A stretch of DNA of 32,000 nt from Escherichia coli (GTDB lineage: Bacteria > Pseudomonadota > Gammaproteobacteria > Enterobacterales > Enterobacteriaceae): the NCBI RefSeq assembly GCF_037560265.1, contig NZ_CP148405.1; one strand, 5' to 3'. Below, piece by piece: positions 17,997-27,827 of this stretch. The translations under genes were made by a program, and so were the position numbers. Numbering within the stretch: position 1 is the stretch's first letter; every line of letters begins with the position of its first letter. The notes beneath the pieces are model-generated. The model was not told the origin of the DNA, searched no databases, and worked only from the letters and a program-made list of their open reading frames with translations.

Positions 17997-19652
17997 TTAA
18001 ACGAAACGTCCTGGTCCCGGCGTTGGTGCGGCATTTGCAGTATTTACTGCGCTCCCGCCACTCCCCGTTAATCCACCCATACCTAAACGCAATCCAGCGC
18101 TGTTGTTTGTCAGAATCGCATAAGTACTTTGGATACCTTGCCCTGGAGTTCCCATTAACCTTCCGGTAACTTGGTTATTCCCTGAGAAATTTTGAATGAC
18201 GCTATAATTAGGATCTGCAGCGACCTCATCGTAAATATGCTCTTCTGCCTGACGAGCCGGTGAACTATTCCGAGCCTCCCCAACTTCAGCATATGGATTA
18301 ACCACTGCGCTAGAAGTATCTGACCAGTGTGTCGATGCCGTACTCCTCTGCGAATCACGTCTATTCAGAGATGTGTCTTCCGCTCTTATGGCATCAGTGC
18401 CACCTTGTGCTGGGGTATTCCCTCCGGTCTGCTGCTGCACTACCGTATGTGTTGTTGTTGTCGTTGTTTGTTCTGCCGGCTGATTTCGTCTATGAAGCGC
18501 AGTCGTTACACCAGCACCAATTCCCCCACCAACAATCAATGCACTGCTGAGGCTGTAACCAATACCCGATGAAAGCTCTAATTCCTCCTGACGTCTGGCA
18601 TACTGAGTATCATATCGCTGCTGCGCCTGTGCATTGCTTTCAACAGCCTGCTGTCTGGCCGCCTCACCCGCCTCTTTAGCTTGTTCTTCTATTTTAGCAA
18701 CAACATCATCTTTTAATTCCCCAGACGGAATAGAATTTCCGATCTCATCAATGCTAACTTTCTGGTTCTCAGGATTCTTGAATGCTTCTTGCGTTAACTG
18801 ATCTCTTGTCGCACTTTCTGCAGCACTTGCAGCCTGCTCAGGATCGGTGGTTGTAGGATCATCCGGTTCCGGTGTCAAAGCCAACGCCTGTGTAATACCA
18901 GTAGCCGCCAGCCCCGCTAAACCAGCAGCAATTGCGCCGATAGAAACCCAGAATTTAGGATCTGAACGAACGCTGGAAGCTGTTGATGAAGTACGAGTTT
19001 CGCTAACAACGCTATCATCCATTCCCGAAGCACTTCCAACACCAACAGAACGCGTATCAACGTCCCTGGCTTGACTTCCCCCATGATTGTTTGGGTCTAA
19101 TTTGGCCAGTATTTTCGCACGAGCTTCTGCGATATCTGATGCAGGAGTGACCATGGAATGCCCACCACCACCACGTCCCCCGGTAAAAACAAATCGGCCT
19201 TTATCCTCAATATCGATAGCTTGCAAGCTTTGCAATTCTTGAGAATTTAATATAACGCTAACCTCTACACCATTTTTTTCTCCAATAGCGGCATAAGAAC
19301 CATCTGACTGCTGTTCAATACGAAATGCAGAGGCTCCAATTTGCTTATTGAGAGTATCTAGTGGTCCCTTATCATGGAGAACTTCAAATCCTCCAAGCAA
19401 GCATATCTCTGATGTAGCAGTAGCAAGCCTCGATGGGTGTACAGGAAGTCCTGGAATATCTCTGGAATCGACAGAATCAGCTATAGAATTTCTCAGGGGA
19501 GAAAACAATAAACGAGATCCTAATGCTCCTGTAGAGTTAATTAGTTGACCCGCTCCTCCCCGTGACGCGCCGTCTGTTTGTGAAGGTAGTGGCGGCGCAG
19601 GCGGAATTAAATTATTGCTATTTACATTATTACCAAGGTTACCAATAGGCAT
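17997..19652 (-). CDS. tir: Translocated intimin receptor Tir
   Basis: 551 aa; MPIGNLGNNVN...; two TM segments; VNPYAEV (Y454), EEHIYDEVAADP (Y474), C-terminal end FV. Confidence 0.97.
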   Translation of the reverse strand: MPIGNLGNNVNSNNLIPPAPPLPSQTDGASRGGAGQLINSTGALGSRLLFSPLRNSIADSVDSRDIPGLPVHPSRLATATSEICLLGGFEVLHDKGPLDTLNKQIGASAFRIEQQSDGSYAAIGEKNGVEVSVILNSQELQSLQAIDIEDKGRFVFTGGRGGGGHSMVTPASDIAEARAKILAKLDPNNHGGSQARDVDTRSVGVGSASGMDDSVVSETRTSSTASSVRSDPKFWVSIGAIAAGLAGLAATGITQALALTPEPDDPTTTDPEQAASAAESATRDQLTQEAFKNPENQKVSIDEIGNSIPSGELKDDVVAKIEEQAKEAGEAARQQAVESNAQAQQRYDTQYARRQEELELSSGIGYSLSSALIVGGGIGAGVTTALHRRNQPAEQTTTTTTHTVVQQQTGGNTPAQGGTDAIRAEDTSLNRRDSQRSTASTHWSDTSSAVVNPYAEVGEARNSSPARQAEEHIYDEVAADPNYSVIQNFSGNNQVTGRLMGTPGQGIQSTYAILTNNSAGLRLGMGGLTGSGGSAVNTANAAPTPGPGRFV

Positions 19653-19975
19653 ACATATATCCTTTTATTTAGAAATTTGACATTATCCTTTATCGACGTA
19701 ACGGTATGCGGCCGATAAAACAGCTGAGCATAAACCAAATAAATCACAGTCTAATTTTTGATGCAAGCAAAATAATGCCCCCCAAATGCATGTCTGTATT
19801 TCCAACTAAAAAAAATCACATAATCAAAATCATTATATAATTATCGCAAAAGTTAATTATAATTTTTATGTGCGAAAATTTAATTATGGATTAAAAAATA
19901 ATATTTTATTTTAAGCGCCTATAGGGACCTTTTTGCATCAAGAACAAACAAATAACAGAGCAGTAAGTCCCTCCC

Positions 19976-20587
19976 CTACAGCCGAGTATCCTGCACATTT
20001 TCTGCAATCGCCCTCTGAGTTAGAGCCTTGATATCACTGACTTTCGCGGTGTTAAAATTCTGTTCAAAGATTTCGCGTGAGACCAGTTCAATCATCTTAG
20101 TCTGAGTGTTAAAACGAGTAATGGGATCCACGCCTTTACCACACTGCTCATCAACTTTCTGATTAAAATATTTATTGGATTGCAAAAAGTGACCAATTGA
20201 TGATTGTGCACAGTTCATATCGAGAGGCTGCTGTATCGCGCTTTCAACCGCTTTAAAAATGCGAAATTTAGTCTCCTTATTAATTACCGAATTATTACTC
20301 ATGCAATAGTCATCCACAGTTTTGTTTACTGTTCTGGATAAAAAAGTAATCTGCTCCTGCTTGAACCATTGCTGGGTATCGCTACTACCCGTTTGTTTGG
20401 CTACGGCCTGTAGTAGCTGGTTAGTCAGTTTGCCATGATTAATCATAAGGTTCGACTGCATAGCTGCGAACCTCATCCCATTGGCCCCCATGCCCGCTTG
20501 CGTCGCAGCCTTGGTTACTGCTGGTCTAAGAGTTTGTGTAACCGCCTGAGCTAACGCCCTACCTACCATTGCCGTTGGACTAAACAT
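19976..20587 (-). CDS. map: T3SS effector Map (WxxxE Rho-GEF mimic)
   Basis: 203 aa; W74-FKQ-E78; catalytic-loop AQ at 127-128; C-terminal PDZ ligand DTRL. Confidence 0.96.
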   Translation of the reverse strand: MFSPTAMVGRALAQAVTQTLRPAVTKAATQAGMGANGMRFAAMQSNLMINHGKLTNQLLQAVAKQTGSSDTQQWFKQEQITFLSRTVNKTVDDYCMSNNSVINKETKFRIFKAVESAIQQPLDMNCAQSSIGHFLQSNKYFNQKVDEQCGKGVDPITRFNTQTKMIELVSREIFEQNFNTAKVSDIKALTQRAIAENVQDTRL

Positions 20588-20851
20588 GCAATAAACCTTT
20601 ATAAATCACATAAAAAATAACATTTATACCTATAAAACAAAATGAATAAATAAAGCTATAACATTATTTTATAACTTTAATTCTCCTCCAGCAATATTTA
20701 TGGGTGGTTGCACTACATTTATCATATGCTATCATAAGTATGCAACATTATTACTTACATGTTATATTGTTTCTCCTTGCTATTTGTGTAAGAGCTCACA
20801 AATCAATTACCTATAAACACGTCAGCGTTATAAGAATGACAGGACTACAAT

Positions 20852-21214
20852 ATGAATGAACAATTTTGCAAAGATCTTGCACATACGTTTGGGATAACAC
20901 TGGAAGAGCAAACTGATGCCCTCGCTTTTCACGATAACGATGGTCATGAGTGGATACTCGAGTGCGCCCCTCAATCAGAAATTTTGTTTTTTTATTGTTA
21001 CCTATCAAACAACGAACCAGATCAAATCAATAAAATATTAAAAATAAATAATAACCGAGAAATGCTTGGTATGTTCTTTTTATCATCAAAAGATGATAAA
21101 ATCTTTTTAAATATTGCAATCCCCACCAATAAAATAGATATAACAGAATTTACTAATTTAATGGAAAACGGATATCTGGTAAAAAAAGAAATAATAAAAT
21201 CACTTTCACTTTGA
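20852..21214 (+). CDS. cesF: EspF chaperone CesF
   Basis: 120 aa; MNEQFCKDLAHTFGITLEEQTDALAFHDNDGHEWILECAP; divergent from map. Confidence 0.92.
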   Translation: MNEQFCKDLAHTFGITLEEQTDALAFHDNDGHEWILECAPQSEILFFYCYLSNNEPDQINKILKINNNREMLGMFFLSSKDDKIFLNIAIPTNKIDITEFTNLMENGYLVKKEIIKSLSL

Positions 21215-21244
21215 TTTATTTGCTCTTTACTTCGGAAATTTATA

Positions 21245-21280
21245 ATATGAACTGGATGGTAGCATCCATTCAGTTCATAT
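21245..21280. terminator. Strong intergenic hairpin, probable bidirectional terminator between convergent cesF and LEE3
   Basis: 15-bp arms ATATGAACTGGATGG / CCATTCAGTTCATAT (one G-U) with 6-nt loop tagcat. The U-tract is weak. Confidence 0.55.
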
Positions 21281-21339
21281 TTCACAAAAAACTGCAGTGC
21301 TCTATCCTTGAAACACTTCAAAAAAATAATGAAACATCG

Positions 21340-21364
21340 CCCCAGAACAGAAAACATTCTGGGG
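21340..21364 (-). terminator. Candidate terminator downstream of espH
   Basis: CCCCAGAA/TTCTGGGG 8-bp stem, with T-rich sequence (attattttttt) about 10 nt further on in the minus direction. Confidence 0.45.
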
Positions 21365-21392
21365 AGAAAATGAAAATAACATAAAATAATAC

Positions 21393-21902
21393 TTAACCCA
21401 TCACGCCTGATAAAGAGTTGAATGTAGTATTCTCTGGAGGGTTCACACCTTCTGTAGACTGTACGCGACGTAACAAAGAAGAAAGCCCTCTTTCAGTTAA
21501 AAAGCCTTCCAGTGCAGTGCGAGGAAACCAGGTTGAAGAAAGTGGCGTAATGTGTCTCTCATTTAATTTACTTTCCAGGGCCTTCGTAACGCCTCCATAC
21601 AAAAAGCTAAATATCTTTGAGAAACATCCACTTTCCTGAGTTATCTTATGTACTTTGTATACATAATTATCATTCTCTTTAATGAAGCGGACAGCATACT
21701 CTTTTCCCCGAAAATTGATAACTGAATAGTCATCAATGTCTGGAAAAACCCGGTGGTGACGCTGCTGCATGCGTGCTTTAAGTTGCAGTTCATCTACTGT
21801 ATCATCATTCGATATATGAAGAGTTCGGGTCAACTTACTCCATGACGCTTGATTGCTTGTCAAAGAAGTCGCGAATGTTATACCTGATAATGATGACGAC
21901 AT
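21393..21902 (-). CDS. espH: T3SS effector EspH (start at internal MSSSLSG; the called ORF starts at 21926)
   Basis: MSSSLSGITFATSLTSNQASWSKLTRTLH...; distal gene of LEE3. About 169 aa from this start. Confidence 0.85.
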   Translation of the reverse strand: MSSSLSGITFATSLTSNQASWSKLTRTLHISNDDTVDELQLKARMQQRHHRVFPDIDDYSVINFRGKEYAVRFIKENDNYVYKVHKITQESGCFSKIFSFLYGGVTKALESKLNERHITPLSSTWFPRTALEGFLTERGLSSLLRRVQSTEGVNPPENTTFNSLSGVMG

Positions 21903-21932
21903 CATACACCTCCCTATATAACGCACTCCTGA

Positions 21933-22850
21933 TTAATCACATACTACGCTAATAGTAAAATAAAAATCTTCGTTGATTTTTATAATACTTCCGTATGCTA
22001 TTGTGATATTATTCCGTACTAACTGGCACCCACCCAAAAGATGATATCCCGTTGAATCGATAATGTCATCTTTTTGGACATTACGCAACATATGTATATC
22101 AACATTTATTGTGCCAATCGCACAATAAATGCGATTCATTACAGTCTCGCTGCTGATAGTACATAACGGATCTGCGGCCTGAACATCCGTAATAGATAAG
22201 TTATTATCGCTCAACTTTACGGTTGCCAAAGGGTTATTAATAACAAGCCAACACCTTCTCTCTTGACTATCATCAACATGATAGAGTCTCAGACTATCAC
22301 CAACTCTCAACTCTGTAACCGGATAATCAGTCCACCCAGGTACGATATAGCCATCAAAAAAAAGCGTATTAGAATGTGGAACAAATTGCCAATTATCATT
22401 AATCAGATATTGTAAACTTTGTACCGTTGTTTCGAGTATAATTACATTAAGTCTGTTTTTTCCATTATTATTTTCTATTACCGGATAAACATCTTTATTT
22501 AGCATCGTAAATTGAACATCATCAACTGACACATCACCTTCCGGTAAGGCAGTCTGCATTACCCATAAGATCATGAGTTTTATCGTATCTTCCGGTATCA
22601 GCCGGCTTTCGCTATACGGGAATAACTCCTGGCACCACTGAATGAACTGTTCTTCTGATATCCAAAAACGCCCCTCATAGCCCGAGTATGTCAACGTGAA
22701 ACGAATACCATGACCGCTGACTTCACGAAAATATGCATGGCACGCATGACCTTCGGACGTAATATAGAGGCGACCGGTTCCGATGACTGGCAACAATGGC
22801 AAATAAAAATCGTTAATTTTCATATTCAATTGTGAACTCAATGGTTTCAT
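21933..22850 (-). CDS. escQ: T3SS C-ring protein SepQ/EscQ
   Basis: 305 aa; C-terminal SPOA-like region; LEE3 order. Confidence 0.9.
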   Translation of the reverse strand: MKPLSSQLNMKINDFYLPLLPVIGTGRLYITSEGHACHAYFREVSGHGIRFTLTYSGYEGRFWISEEQFIQWCQELFPYSESRLIPEDTIKLMILWVMQTALPEGDVSVDDVQFTMLNKDVYPVIENNNGKNRLNVIILETTVQSLQYLINDNWQFVPHSNTLFFDGYIVPGWTDYPVTELRVGDSLRLYHVDDSQERRCWLVINNPLATVKLSDNNLSITDVQAADPLCTISSETVMNRIYCAIGTINVDIHMLRNVQKDDIIDSTGYHLLGGCQLVRNNITIAYGSIIKINEDFYFTISVVCD

Positions 22851-23229
22851 CAGGAAAGATTTCTTTTAACTTATCGAAAACATAGTCTTTTTTATGATAT
22901 AAAAAAACATGATTTCTATTATTGGGGCTTACTGTAATAGACAGATAAATGATTCCGTTACTACATTTAATTGTTAAAACAATTCCTCGTAATCTTCCAC
23001 AAAGAATACTAAACGACTGCTCCCCTTCTTCAAAGTAGCGTCGTCGTCGGCCCGAGGAGTAAAACAATCTCTTCCATAAAGAAGCCATTCGTATGAACAA
23101 CGTATCAGGCGATCTTTTTTTTATATGATTAAAAATATCATTAAAACTTTCTTCTCCTTGCGGCCAATCATCTGATGGCCGAAAAGAAACAGGCTCTATC
23201 AAATTTCTTTTTAGAGAAACTCTAGTCAA
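22813..23229 (-). CDS. escP: T3SS needle-length regulator EscP (Orf16)
   Basis: 138 aa; overlaps escQ by 38 bp and escO by 8 bp; LEE3 order. Confidence 0.85.
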   Translation of the reverse strand: MTRVSLKRNLIEPVSFRPSDDWPQGEESFNDIFNHIKKRSPDTLFIRMASLWKRLFYSSGRRRRYFEEGEQSFSILCGRLRGIVLTIKCSNGIIYLSITVSPNNRNHVFLYHKKDYVFDKLKEIFPDETIEFTIEYEN

Positions 23230-23599
23230 AGTAATGTTCCTTTATGGCAAAAGATAATTTTTCTACTGATTTATTAACATGTTGCAGATTCTCTTTTGTT
23301 CGTTTTTGTGAATCTAGCAATGAACGTTTCTCCTTCGAAATGGAGGATTTTTTCTCATACAATCGCTGCTTTTGCTCATCAAATGCATTGTTTTTAATCT
23401 GATATTTATACAACGACACTTTATCCAAATTCACCAGCGATGCACAATACGCCTGCTTAGAGGCAATCGACTCTTTAATGGATTGCTCGCAGTCATCGAG
23501 TTTACCATCCACCTCTTTTATCTGAGAGTTAATCTTAGCCATTGATTCTCTCAATCGGTTCGCTCTGCTTTTACGAATAGATAAAATTCTGTCCAACAT
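23222..23599 (-). CDS. escO: T3SS stalk protein EscO (Orf15)
   Basis: 125 aa, coiled-coil-rich, immediately downstream of escN. Confidence 0.88.
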   Translation of the reverse strand: MLDRILSIRKSRANRLRESMAKINSQIKEVDGKLDDCEQSIKESIASKQAYCASLVNLDKVSLYKYQIKNNAFDEQKQRLYEKKSSISKEKRSLLDSQKRTKENLQHVNKSVEKLSFAIKEHYFD

Positions 23600-23601
23600 A
23601 C

Positions 23602-24942
23602 TCAGGCAACCACTTTGAATAGGTTTTCAATCGTTTTTTCGTAACTACTGATATCTTTGGTGCTTTGCTGTATAAAGCTCTGAATTAATTTCCTATTTTT
23701 TATTGCCTTATCCGCTTCAGGATCTTGCCCCATCGTGTACTCACCAATACGAATAAGCAGCTCAACATTGTTATAAGTCGCAATAAGCTTTTTGCATTCT
23801 GCCGCCGCACGCAAATGCTCCGATGTAACAACGTTATGCATAACACGACTGGCACTTAAACCAATATCAATTGCAGGGAAATGGTTTTCCTCTGCAAGTT
23901 CTCGGGTAAGTACGATATGCCCATCAAGAATAGAGCGGACTTCATCGCCAATAGGATCATTAACATTATCGCTTTCTAACAACACCGTATAAATCGCGGT
24001 TATTGAACCTTTTGGCGCAGGCCCCGCTCGCTCTAATAATTTAGGTAACGAGGAAAAAACACTCGGAGGGAATCCCCCCCTTACATCAGGTTCTCCCGAT
24101 GCAAGCCCAACATCACGCGCGGCTCGGGCATAACGAGTTACAGAATCCATCATTAATAATACATTTTTACCCTGATCGCGGAAGTACTCTGCAATAGTCG
24201 TCGCCGTAAATGCGGCTTTCATCCTTTCCAGTGCGGGGCGGTCTGACGTTGTGACGACCAGCACACATTTAGAAAGCGTGGATTGAGGTAAAAGCGCGAG
24301 GAATTCATTTACTTCGCGACCACGTTCGCCGATAAGAGCAAGGACAATAATATCTGCGGATGCGCCATTACAAATCATCCCCAAAAGCGTACTTTTACCA
24401 ACGCCTGAACCGGCAAAAATACCGATACGCTGCCCAATACCGCAAGTTAGTAACCCATCAATTGCCCTGACGCCAAGTATAAATGGCTGATCAATAACCT
24501 GCCTTAATAAAGGATCTGGTGGTTCAGCATACAAGCTGCGTTCAAACGGAAGATAGGGGGCAGCAATATTACTCTCCATTGGTCTGCCAATGCCATCAAC
24601 AAGCCGCCCAAGTAGTGCGTCTCCAACACGAATCTTGAACTCATCCCCCTGATAACTTAACCACTGACCACAGTACATGCCGGAAACATGCTCAAAAGGC
24701 AACAGGAAAACCTCATCTTCATCAATAGCGATCACCTCGGCTAAACGTTGACTGGGTTCTATCTTGTAAAAGGCGCCAATACGCGCTTTTGGTAAACGCG
24801 CCTTAATAATCGTCCCGCCGATATTGGTAATTTTACCTTCATATCTGGTAGACGAATTTAATGATAATGCCGGCACAGTGCTATTGAGCACTTTCTGAAT
24901 ACGTGGGTATCTTTCCAATACAGAATCATGCTCTGAAATCAT
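23602..24942 (-). CDS. escN: T3SS ATPase EscN
   Basis: 446 aa; Walker A GIFAGSGVGKSTLLG; VLLMMDSVTRYARA. Confidence 0.97.
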   Translation of the reverse strand: MISEHDSVLERYPRIQKVLNSTVPALSLNSSTRYEGKITNIGGTIIKARLPKARIGAFYKIEPSQRLAEVIAIDEDEVFLLPFEHVSGMYCGQWLSYQGDEFKIRVGDALLGRLVDGIGRPMESNIAAPYLPFERSLYAEPPDPLLRQVIDQPFILGVRAIDGLLTCGIGQRIGIFAGSGVGKSTLLGMICNGASADIIVLALIGERGREVNEFLALLPQSTLSKCVLVVTTSDRPALERMKAAFTATTIAEYFRDQGKNVLLMMDSVTRYARAARDVGLASGEPDVRGGFPPSVFSSLPKLLERAGPAPKGSITAIYTVLLESDNVNDPIGDEVRSILDGHIVLTRELAEENHFPAIDIGLSASRVMHNVVTSEHLRAAAECKKLIATYNNVELLIRIGEYTMGQDPEADKAIKNRKLIQSFIQQSTKDISSYEKTIENLFKVVA

Positions 24943-26953
24943 TTACCGTTCCTAATACTTTAAGTTCGATATTATTCCCAACCTCCTGAAAAGAGAGCAC
25001 GGGTACTGACGGGAACGAACCTTCAATCATTTTCTTCACATAGCGCCTGATATCTAAAGCAGTCAGAATGACGCCGTTCCCCGTTGGATTCATGATATTT
25101 TTTAAGAAGCCAATTATCTGCTCACTTCGCTCCGGTGAGATATTCAGATACGAGCCTGATGACGTTTGTCTGATCGACTCTCGTAGCTCATTTTCAATAT
25201 CAGAGCCAATAAGCCAAACGTTCAGAAGTGTACCGCGAACGCTATAGCGACCTAAAATATGCCGACGCAGGGCGATACGAACGTATTCGCACAAGATAAC
25301 CACATCTTTTTCTTTTGTTGACCAAAAAATAAGCGTTTCAAAGATAGTTCTCAGATCCCTAATTGAGATATTTTCCTCTACGAGACGTTGGAGAATGTCA
25401 ACAATTTTGCTCAAACCAAGCTGGCGCTGCAGCTCTTTCACAAGCTCGTTATATTTTCTCTCCATGATGTCCATCAAATAACGCGTTTCTTGTACGCCGA
25501 TGAACTCTTTGGCATTAGACAATACAAGTTTCTTTAGCAAAAACGTTATCTTATCATTTGTTGTTGCATAAACATCCATACCTGAAAGGTGAGCTAGTTG
25601 TTGGTTAGCCTCATTCGTTTTATATACGATAGAGTTAGTCGAAAGCTTTTCCTGAACAAATTCGAATGAGATCTCTGCATGCCCAGCCTCAAAATAGACA
25701 GTATCATCTATAAGAGTATCTTTGTATATTGACTCTTGATAGAGCAAAAATTCTATTGCGCTATCATTATTTTTAACCGGATTGACAATAATCTTAGGCA
25801 ATGGAATTCCACTTTCCTCAAAGAAATTCCACCGCATGACCTCAATTTGCTGTGCAATGTCTGAACTATAAATATTATTACTTAAGTTTAAAATCAACGG
25901 CTCGGCGCCTGGTGAGATGTTTTGGCTATTAGACAAATCAGCTCCCATAGCATCCTTATTATTGCCAGTTCCAAATGTTCTTTTCTTCTGTAATTTCCAA
26001 GCTATCCCCAACAGGCAAACCGCCAGAAATAAGAAGACCAATGTAGGAAAGCCCGGAATAATCGCCATTACGAGCATTAGTGCGGCACTGATTAAAAAAG
26101 GGCGACTATTAACAGAAACCTGTTGAACAATATCACCTGCAAGGTTTTCTTCTTTTTCGCTTTCACCGGGCACACGAGTAACAACCACGCCCGCGGTGAC
26201 AGAGATAATAAGTGCAGGGATCTGGGCAACCAAAGCATCACCGACAGACAATACAGAAAACAGGCTAAGTGCCTCACTAAATGGCATATCAAATTGCCAC
26301 ATACCAATGAGCACGCCACCAAACAGGTTAACTAAAACAATAATGATACCGGCAATAGCGTCCCCTTTTACAAACTTCATCGCCCCGTCCATTGAACCAT
26401 AAAACTGGCTTTCCTTTTGCACTCGGGAACGAAGAACTTTTGCCTCAAGCGGGTCAATAACGCCTGCGCGCATATCACCATCAATACTCATTTGTTTTCC
26501 TGGCATACCATCAAGGGAAAAACGAGCACTTACTTCAGCAACACGCTCGGCCCCTTTTGTAATAACCATAAATTGAACAATGGTGATAATAGTAAAAATA
26601 ACCAGGCCAACAACAATATTACCGCCAACAACAAAGTTACCGAAGGAGTAAATAATGTCACCCGCATCGTGATGCAGCAGAATAAGTCTGGTTGTACTAA
26701 CACTGAGCGACAGGCGCATCAACGTCGTAATCAACAGGATTGTGGGGAAAGAAGTTAGTTCAAGAGGATTTTTTATATAGATTGAGAGCATTAATAAAAG
26801 TAAAGCTGTCGAAATATTAATCGCGATAATGATATCCACCACAACTGTTGGTAGTGGAATAATCATCATCATTACAGCCATAAAGAAGAAGAGAGCCAGA
26901 ATAAGATCGTGATATGACTCTGCTTTTTTAAATATATTTAAGAGTTTATTCAT
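24926..26953 (-). CDS. escV: T3SS export gate protein EscV (FHIPEP family)
   Basis: 675 aa; N-terminal multi-TM, GxMPGKQMSIDGDMRAGVI family signature. Confidence 0.97.
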   Translation of the reverse strand: MNKLLNIFKKAESYHDLILALFFFMAVMMMIIPLPTVVVDIIIAINISTALLLLMLSIYIKNPLELTSFPTILLITTLMRLSLSVSTTRLILLHHDAGDIIYSFGNFVVGGNIVVGLVIFTIITIVQFMVITKGAERVAEVSARFSLDGMPGKQMSIDGDMRAGVIDPLEAKVLRSRVQKESQFYGSMDGAMKFVKGDAIAGIIIVLVNLFGGVLIGMWQFDMPFSEALSLFSVLSVGDALVAQIPALIISVTAGVVVTRVPGESEKEENLAGDIVQQVSVNSRPFLISAALMLVMAIIPGFPTLVFLFLAVCLLGIAWKLQKKRTFGTGNNKDAMGADLSNSQNISPGAEPLILNLSNNIYSSDIAQQIEVMRWNFFEESGIPLPKIIVNPVKNNDSAIEFLLYQESIYKDTLIDDTVYFEAGHAEISFEFVQEKLSTNSIVYKTNEANQQLAHLSGMDVYATTNDKITFLLKKLVLSNAKEFIGVQETRYLMDIMERKYNELVKELQRQLGLSKIVDILQRLVEENISIRDLRTIFETLIFWSTKEKDVVILCEYVRIALRRHILGRYSVRGTLLNVWLIGSDIENELRESIRQTSSGSYLNISPERSEQIIGFLKNIMNPTGNGVILTALDIRRYVKKMIEGSFPSVPVLSFQEVGNNIELKVLGTVNDFRA

Positions 26954-27303
26954 GATGTCATCCTGCGAACGCGCTCAATAATCTGCACATGTTGTTGAAA
27001 AGTATTCATTAGAAAAAAAACATCGATATTGGTTAACAAACAACTTAAGCACAATTTATTATCGTAGACAAAAATATGTTCAATCACTCCCTGCGTACGC
27101 TCAGGAGCAAGGGCACTAAAGAAAGAGAAAAATGCGTTTTCGTTATACTCTAAAGCAAACGTAACAAAAACATTATTATCAATTATTTCAATAAAAAAAG
27201 AAAACCCATTAAAATCAATTTCAACACGGTTATCAAATAAATAAAAATCATTTCCCAACAATCTTAAAAACTCTTCAACGTTTCTTTTAACTAAAAGATT
27301 CAT
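26950..27303 (-). CDS. cesL: SepL chaperone CesL / Mpc (Orf12)
   Basis: 117 aa; first gene of LEE3, ATGA overlap with escV. Confidence 0.85.
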   Translation of the reverse strand: MNLLVKRNVEEFLRLLGNDFYLFDNRVEIDFNGFSFFIEIIDNNVFVTFALEYNENAFFSFFSALAPERTQGVIEHIFVYDNKLCLSCLLTNIDVFFLMNTFQQHVQIIERVRRMTS

Positions 27304-27487
27304 CTGCAGGCTCTGAAGTAAGTATACGTGTGAATATTATTGCTTGAAAAAGCGTATTGGATAATATATACAGTATATGTACTTTATGTACATTGCAACT
27401 ATTTAAATAATATAATAGTTGCCTATGGGATAATTTGGTTATTTATAACCAAGTAAATGTCTAAATTAGACAAAAGGAGAAAGATCA
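27304..27487. promoter_or_regulatory. Divergent LEE2/LEE3 regulatory region
   Basis: 184-bp AT-rich interval between divergent operons. SD aaaggaga lies upstream of espZ. Includes palindrome TTGGTTAT-TT-ATAACCAA at 27435-27452. Confidence 0.7.
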
Positions 27488-27784
27488 ATGGAAGCAGCAA
27501 ATTTAAGTCCTTCTGGTACAGTATTACCACTGGCAGCCACAATCAATGGAAATAATCTAGTGGATGAGAAAACAGGAGTGATGCAACCAGAAGGTGGAAC
27601 AAGTCGTAACGTTAGAATCCTAGCTGGAGTTTTGATAAGTGTAGGTACTCTAGCCGCTATCGGTACTGGTATCGCATCACTGTGTGTTGAAGACTCTTCA
27701 CAAAGATTAGGCTTAGGAATCGCAGCCGGTGTATTAGGTGGCGTAACTACTGTTGCCGGCGGATTAGCGATGAGATATGCCTAA
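27488..27784 (+). CDS. espZ: T3SS effector EspZ (SepZ)
   Basis: 98 aa with two hydrophobic segments (ILAGVLISVGTLAAIGTGIASL; LGIAAGVLGGVTTVAGGLAM); first gene of LEE2. Confidence 0.9.
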   Translation: MEAANLSPSGTVLPLAATINGNNLVDEKTGVMQPEGGTSRNVRILAGVLISVGTLAAIGTGIASLCVEDSSQRLGLGIAAGVLGGVTTVAGGLAMRYA

Positions 27785-27785
27785 T

Positions 27786-27818
27786 CATCGCATCGCATCG
27801 CATCGCATCGCATCGCAT
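27786..27818 (+). repeat. Pentanucleotide array (CATCG)6 plus CAT
   Basis: Direct reading: catcg repeated six times from 27786, then cataaaaaaa. Confidence 0.97.
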
Positions 27819-27827
27819 AAAAAAATA

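Noticed and set aside
18155-19548. ORFs overlapping tir
   Set aside because: Shadow ORFs of tir; no ribosome-binding site or family match seen.
21022-21357. 111-aa minus-strand ORF opposite cesF
   Set aside because: It mostly overlaps the cesF coding sequence and covers the intergenic hairpins. Probably a shadow ORF.
25917-26758. Several ORFs antisense to escV
   Set aside because: Shadow ORFs over a highly conserved export-gate gene.
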